A stretch of 12,359 bases of DNA from the NCBI GenBank assembly GCA_029856365.1, contig JAHQWW010000114.1, positions 1 to 12,359 of the forward strand, in the 5' to 3' direction. Of this stretch, positions 7,598-12,359 are shown piece by piece. The position numbers and the translations under genes were made by a program. The notes beneath the pieces are model-generated. The model was given only the letters and a program-made list of their open reading frames with translations. It had not been told where the DNA came from and did not search any database. This stretch comes from Candidatus Hodarchaeota archaeon. GTDB lineage: Archaea > Asgardarchaeota > Heimdallarchaeia > Hodarchaeales > Hodarchaeaceae. How positions within the stretch are numbered: position 1 is the stretch's first letter; the number at the start of each line of letters is the position of its first letter.

Positions 7598-9268
7598 TCA
7601 TCGTTTTCGATAAAGAAAAACCATTAAACCTATAGTAGCAATACCTCCACTTATTAGAAGAAGGATAAATGCTACAGCTAAGCCTCTATCATCAGTTGGC
7701 TCATTATTAATGCTCGGACACGCCCCTATAATTAAGTTATTATGTACATTATACCCCGCAAAAATTCCATTAAATTCTACGGTAATAGTATGAGTTCCTA
7801 ATCTAAGAGGCCCCAGATTTTCTGAAATGATAGTCGGTTGCCAGAATTTATCAAACGTGTGAATTCCATGATGAATCGACTGGTTGTCTAAATAGAGAGT
7901 ATATGGTTCAGTAAATCGCTGTTTTGTGCGAAAATTATACCAAGCTTCCGCTCTCCATTCAACCTCAGTATAATTTTCGGTAGATTCTATGCAGGTTGTA
8001 ATTGGATCGAGAATAGGCCCGAAACAAAACCGTTCTGCTCGATACACATAATACCAGAATCTCTCATTATTTTGAAAGTTCATCTCCCAAACAATATTTC
8101 CTTTCTCATCAATTTCAACTATTCTCCCTCCAATATTGTTTTCGTGAGCTCTAGCGTCACCAAATGTGCCTAGACGATTACCATTTGGTAATCTATCCGC
8201 ATCTCCTAAAATGACACTAAAGTAATTGATGGGAGGTTTCCAAACCCATGTTTCATTAGCAGTCATTGTTTCTTCATCGATTGTAATTTCAACAAGTCGT
8301 GAGCGTTTATTTTGGTTATTGGATTTATTGTGCATATCGTTATCAAATAAAATGAATGTATTATCATCCACCTTTTCTACCGCATGCGCATGATAAAATA
8401 ACGATTTTTTCTGAATACCCTTTTGATCAAAGAGAGTAAAATTACCAAATTCCCCCAAACCCCAAAGAACTTTTCCTGTCTTATGATCAATCTTATAAAA
8501 AGTATTAACATTACGGGAGTTAAAATAAATAATATTTTCTTCAGAATCAAAAAAAACAGTATTTCCATGCACAACATCTACGCTTCCTCCAGACATCATA
8601 TCTCCAAAAGGACACATTTGTTTATGGGAGATAAAATCGTGTGTATCTAGACTCCATATCAATGCTGATTTATCATACTCTCTAATGTAGTCAAAAGTGT
8701 ATGATGAACCATTAATTTGCTCTGTATGGAATACTAATGTAAAAATTGTATTATTAATCGGATTATATTCAAATTCATGATGCCCACTAAAATTCATTTT
8801 GACTGTTTTATTATTTTGTAAATTCCAGAGAACTGTACTACGAAGCTTTGGTGAATAAAATAGAAGAGTAGTAGCATTAATGAATTTAACTGGCATAGAA
8901 TGCATTGCACTAATACCTAAGTCACATTCTATAAGAATTTTCCCCTCCATATCTGTAATAAGTAAAATATTCCTTTTTACTCTCTTTTCACCAGTTACAT
9001 TCTCTTGAATTAAAATAAATAGGTTATATCCTTCAAAAGTTTCCCCGTTGTGAATTACATTTATATCAAAATGCTGTAAATGATTATTTTGTGAATTTAG
9101 CAGTTCTGGGTCGATAAAGCTATAATTTATTTCCTGTTGAGTTATGAAAGATTTAGAAGCATTTACAACTTTGATTTCATATATGGGCAATATAATGAAG
9201 CTTAATAGCAACACTAACATCAATGAATTTATTTTAGTAATACTCTTGTTTTTTAACCGAAGCTTCAT
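7598..9268 (-). CDS. Arylsulfate sulfotransferase (ASST)-family beta-propeller protein, secreted and membrane-anchored (paralogue 2)
   Basis: Motifs GHHEF, DVVHGNTV, NSRNVNTFYKIDHKTGKVLWGLG, FYHAHA, ILFDND, GDADRLPNGNRL, IVEIDEKGNIVWE and VYRAER. Signal peptide ending VNA-S; C-terminal transmembrane helix followed by RKR. Collinear with 5838..7523. Confidence 0.87.
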   Translation of the reverse strand: MKLRLKNKSITKINSLMLVLLLSFIILPIYEIKVVNASKSFITQQEINYSFIDPELLNSQNNHLQHFDINVIHNGETFEGYNLFILIQENVTGEKRVKRNILLITDMEGKILIECDLGISAMHSMPVKFINATTLLFYSPKLRSTVLWNLQNNKTVKMNFSGHHEFEYNPINNTIFTLVFHTEQINGSSYTFDYIREYDKSALIWSLDTHDFISHKQMCPFGDMMSGGSVDVVHGNTVFFDSEENIIYFNSRNVNTFYKIDHKTGKVLWGLGEFGNFTLFDQKGIQKKSLFYHAHAVEKVDDNTFILFDNDMHNKSNNQNKRSRLVEITIDEETMTANETWVWKPPINYFSVILGDADRLPNGNRLGTFGDARAHENNIGGRIVEIDEKGNIVWEMNFQNNERFWYYVYRAERFCFGPILDPITTCIESTENYTEVEWRAEAWYNFRTKQRFTEPYTLYLDNQSIHHGIHTFDKFWQPTIISENLGPLRLGTHTITVEFNGIFAGYNVHNNLIIGACPSINNEPTDDRGLAVAFILLLISGGIATIGLMVFLYRKR

Positions 9269-9724
9269 TCTTCACTGTTCTCCGTGACAAGTGGTAGTAG
9301 GAATGATTTTTTCTTTATTCTAATGAGTAACTAACTCTATATTGAATTTTTCAAATTAATACAGTGTCTATTAAGGTATTTCGGTGCTTCTACAAGAATT
9401 ATTGCTCTGTATAGATATATTTCTTTATTTTTTTTATTTTTTACTGGAATTCTTAAATCATACTTACAATTTAATTATGAAAAGCTTTATTTTTTCAAAA
9501 TAAGGGCAATAAGTACAGCATATAAAAAATTAAGATCTAATTCATAATGGTGAATTGGACGGTTTAAATCTTGGTTTTCCAGAAATTCTAATATTTCAGA
9601 AATCGGTCTTTTCTACTTTTTTCAACAGTATTAAAAACACCTTATGTATGAATAAAAAACTCATTTTTATCTGACTTAAAATTAATAGAATAGAAAACAA
9701 TGAAAAGTTAGTGTTGAAGTAAAA

Positions 9725-10663
9725 GTGGATCTACTATGTGAAGAGGATTTTTCAACGATCAATGCGTTTATTACAAAACATTCACTTGTCGTGTACTTCC
9801 TGTTAGCCTATACCGTATCTTGGGCAGGTTGGTTACCACTTGTAATTCTATCCACTTCTTCATCATCGATACAATGGACGATACTAATGGCCATAGGAAT
9901 TATTGGTCCCCTTCTTGCCTCATTAATCGTAGCAAGTCTAAATAATAGACAAAAAGGTCTACGTGGATTCTTTAGCAGAATTTTTGCTTGGAAAGTACAT
10001 TACTCTTGGTATTTAGCTGCTTTTGCAACACCAATTATTATCTGGTTCCTACCAACTCTCATCCATATTCTTCTTGGAGGGCCCCCTCCAGTATTATTCA
10101 GTAAGACACCTTATATCCCCTCTTCATGTACCTTTCTTCAGATACATGACAATACCCTCCTGTGTATAATTCTTCAGTTTATCAAGATTTTCTTAATTAA
10201 TAGTGCTACTGAGGAACCAGGATGGAGAGGAACTGCATTATCTAAGCTCCAAAAGAGATATAATGCCGTGTTATCCAGCATCATTATTGGAATCATCCAT
10301 GCATGCTGGCATCTACCGCTTTATTTTATTCCTGGAACTACCAAATACTTTGCTGAAACAGAAAAACTTCTCCTGCCCTTTATTTCCTTCGTTATAGTTA
10401 TGATCTTATCTTCGTTTATTTTTACTTGGCTTTACAATTCTACAGAAAGTATTCTCTTGCCCATGATTTTTCATACAATGTGGAATTTATCGATAGGTTT
10501 ACTAAGACCTCCCACACTAGGGTACCCTGTTGGGTACGACCTAATCTTAATAATAGTGGAATTAGGATTTGTACTGCTATTGATCTATTTCTTTGGAAGT
10601 GAAAGACTGGCAAAAAAGACCAAGAGAAAGTTATCAGTATGGAAGCGATTAGAGGAGGAATGA
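9725..10663 (+). CDS. CPBP-family intramembrane glutamic endopeptidase (type II CAAX protease/Abi family)
   Basis: Multiple transmembrane segments. Motif 1 EEPGWRG, motif 2 HACWHLP, then WLYNSTESILLPMIFHTMWN (HxxxN). N-terminal YFLLAYTVSW and GPLLAS are typical of the long CPBP subfamily. GTG start. Confidence 0.93.
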   Translation: MDLLCEEDFSTINAFITKHSLVVYFLLAYTVSWAGWLPLVILSTSSSSIQWTILMAIGIIGPLLASLIVASLNNRQKGLRGFFSRIFAWKVHYSWYLAAFATPIIIWFLPTLIHILLGGPPPVLFSKTPYIPSSCTFLQIHDNTLLCIILQFIKIFLINSATEEPGWRGTALSKLQKRYNAVLSSIIIGIIHACWHLPLYFIPGTTKYFAETEKLLLPFISFVIVMILSSFIFTWLYNSTESILLPMIFHTMWNLSIGLLRPPTLGYPVGYDLILIIVELGFVLLLIYFFGSERLAKKTKRKLSVWKRLEEE

Positions 10664-11974
10664 AAACTCTAAAAACCATCCAATACTCTGAGTGAGATCA
10701 TAAAGAGGATCAATGTTTTCAGGATGGGCTGGTGCTGTGATTAAAAGGGTTACAGTCGTTTTATCGGAAATAACTTCTATTTTTGGAGAAAAATTTCCTA
10801 TCAACCTATAAATAGATCTTGCTATCTCGGTTCTTTCTTTAAATGGGTCTAGTAACTCTTCTGGTTCCGTATTAACTTCTATCCCCTCAAATGCATTACT
10901 AAATCCGAATTCTTTTCTTTCTATTTTATGAATCTTCATGGATATCCGAAACGGTATCAGAGATATTTCTTTAATTCCAATCACCGAAATCGTTTCAACA
11001 TCCCAATTAAATGATATCGACCGAAAATATCCTATACTGAATACAATCTCGGCAGAGGTTTCAGAGATTGTATGATCACTAGCAAGATAACTTTTATCAA
11101 GTACTTTTTCTTTGATTTGCTCCAGAAGTCTTGTTTCCTGAGTTGATGCTGGAATAATATCTTGATTAATGTCATCAACTGCAGCTTTAGGCTTGTGCAC
11201 AACTGATCTTTCATAGGGAACGTCCCTTGGCAGATCTCTAAAACGTTGTTTCCTCCTTGGGATCCTTTCGAAGATTCTCTTAGTTGTGGATCTAAAAGCG
11301 CCTTTTCTTTCTTGAATTGGATATAATGAATCTACATCTGCAAGAACGGATATAAGGTCAAGAAGAACACCTACATAACGTACATTAGTATGATCAGATC
11401 TAATTAGAACATCAATTGAGTTACCAGTGAGATCCAATTTACATTCCTTTAAATCAGAAATATCTGCGATTTTTGATGCAATCTGAAAATTATTTTCGCT
11501 CAAATACGATTTTACTAAAACTGGATCAGAAGCCCGAATAAATAATCGTTTATCTAATAAGGCGTGCTCAAGTTGAACATTTTCCCCACCAAAAACTCGG
11601 TTAAAGAATCCCTCTCTCTTAACTATTACGGAAAATTTACCAGTACATAATTTTTCAGCTACAATGTAAGAAGAAAGGATAAGATCCTGTTTACGATGTT
11701 TTCCACTTCCATAAACCTTGTATTTCAGCAACAAGTCACGAATAGGATAATCATCGATACTTGGGGAGGCGTGTATTTCAGGATTTGAAAGAAATCCGCC
11801 TTCAGAGACAATAGTTGCTTGTAAATTAGGAAATTTGTTTTCTATCATTACTTTTGACGATTCTGAAAACTCCTTTTCTTTCACAGTGCTATGATAAACC
11901 AATATTATGATAAAGATGAGAAAGAAGAAAAAAAAAAGGATAATAATTGTAGAGCCATCTACCATTCTAACCAC
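10649..11974 (-). CDS. Membrane-anchored hypothetical protein, possibly two related alpha/beta domains joined by a charged linker
   Basis: 441-aa ORF with one N-terminal transmembrane helix (IIILFFFFFLIFIIILVY). VKREGFFNRVFGGENVQLEHALLDKRLFIRASDPVLVKSYL resembles DUF3137-like membrane-associated domains. Start is GTG 11974 or the ATG three codons later. Confidence 0.8.
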   Translation of the reverse strand: MVRMVDGSTIIILFFFFFLIFIIILVYHSTVKEKEFSESSKVMIENKFPNLQATIVSEGGFLSNPEIHASPSIDDYPIRDLLLKYKVYGSGKHRKQDLILSSYIVAEKLCTGKFSVIVKREGFFNRVFGGENVQLEHALLDKRLFIRASDPVLVKSYLSENNFQIASKIADISDLKECKLDLTGNSIDVLIRSDHTNVRYVGVLLDLISVLADVDSLYPIQERKGAFRSTTKRIFERIPRRKQRFRDLPRDVPYERSVVHKPKAAVDDINQDIIPASTQETRLLEQIKEKVLDKSYLASDHTISETSAEIVFSIGYFRSISFNWDVETISVIGIKEISLIPFRISMKIHKIERKEFGFSNAFEGIEVNTEPEELLDPFKERTEIARSIYRLIGNFSPKIEVISDKTTVTLLITAPAHPENIDPLYDLTQSIGWFLEFSFLL

Positions 11975-12359
11975 GATACCTGTTCAAGCCAGATGAATTA
12001 CCACTTCTTTATAACTTATTGGATTGCAGAACATATTATATTTTCTGTTGTAGCTCCAATAGCTCATGGTAACGATGAGATCATTAATTTGTTGAATAAG
12101 TTTCAATCCCAAACGTCGCTTCAACCAAAATATTAGGTTATTCCCCTCTTCGGTAATCCTTAAACTCTCCTTAAGGAGTTTCATGCCATCTCGATAAAAT
12201 TTACAAGAGTATTTTCTCCAGTAAATCATCAGATATTTAAAGAAGAATATGATCATTCAGTTATCATAGTTTAAAAATGGTGGTTTAATGAGTAAGAACA
12301 ATACCACAATTTTTAATTTCGTTAATCTACTCTCATTGATCGCAGCAATTGCTGGTACC

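Larger units (their letters stand above)
5838..9268 (-). repeat. Tandem gene duplication (two ASST paralogues, 74-bp spacer)
   Basis: The proteins are collinear over almost their full length. Residual DNA identity remains, for example gatcaaagagagtaaaatt at both 6650-6668 and 8425-8443. Confidence 0.85.

Noticed and set aside
9576-9603. Repeated tttc(c)agaaat motif in the ASST/CPBP divergent intergenic region
   Set aside because: Could be an operator, but it is short, imperfect and not found at other promoters in the window.
9725-10663. CPBP 'Abi' protein as an anti-phage abortive-infection system
   Set aside because: The Abi label for this family is historical, and no defence-island genes flank it.
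12100-12125. GTTTCAATCCC…TTCAAC, resembling the end of a CRISPR repeat (reverse complement …GGGATTGAAAC)
   Set aside because: Single copy with no repeat-spacer periodicity and no cas genes in the window.
149-12136. Short alternative-frame or antisense ORFs (149..334, 878..1102, 2151..2333, 2398..2646, 2668..2997, 6930..7235, 8377..8577, 8423..8650, 10203..10397, 10440..10679, 11032..11214, 11891..12136)
   Set aside because: They overlap better-supported genes and have no motifs, so they are shadow ORFs.
11984-12256. 90-aa minus-strand ORF upstream of the 441-aa gene
   Set aside because: No recognisable motif and a composition like translated AT-rich intergenic DNA. It cannot be excluded as a small gene, but it is unsupported.
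12167-12354. 12-bp palindromes ctccttaaggag (12167-12178) and cagcaattgctg (12343-12354)
   Set aside because: Unrelated to each other, with no associated regulator or element. A few such palindromes are expected by chance.

Overview
AT-rich, gene-dense window that reads as archaeal, most likely Asgard (Heimdallarchaeia/Hodarchaeales-like). That assignment is inference from frequent TTG/GTG starts, TATA-like divergent promoters, sequon-rich surface proteins with a PGF-type C-terminal anchor, and a putative longin-domain protein. From left to right it encodes: a 5'-truncated protein (possibly a divergent TFB/cyclin fold), a secreted PGF-anchored surface protein, a single-domain HPPD-like VOC metalloenzyme, a flavin reductase-like protein, an amidohydrolase, a 366-aa protein that appears to carry two tandem longin-like domains, a histidine phosphatase, two tandem membrane-anchored arylsulfate sulfotransferase (ASST) paralogues, a CPBP/CAAX-family intramembrane protease and a membrane-anchored hypothetical protein. 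No rRNA, tRNA, CRISPR array or mobile element is evident. The best candidates for novelty are the di-longin protein (a possible eukaryotic signature protein) and the surface ASST pair divergent from the CPBP protease. All family calls come from motif recognition by eye, with no database searches.
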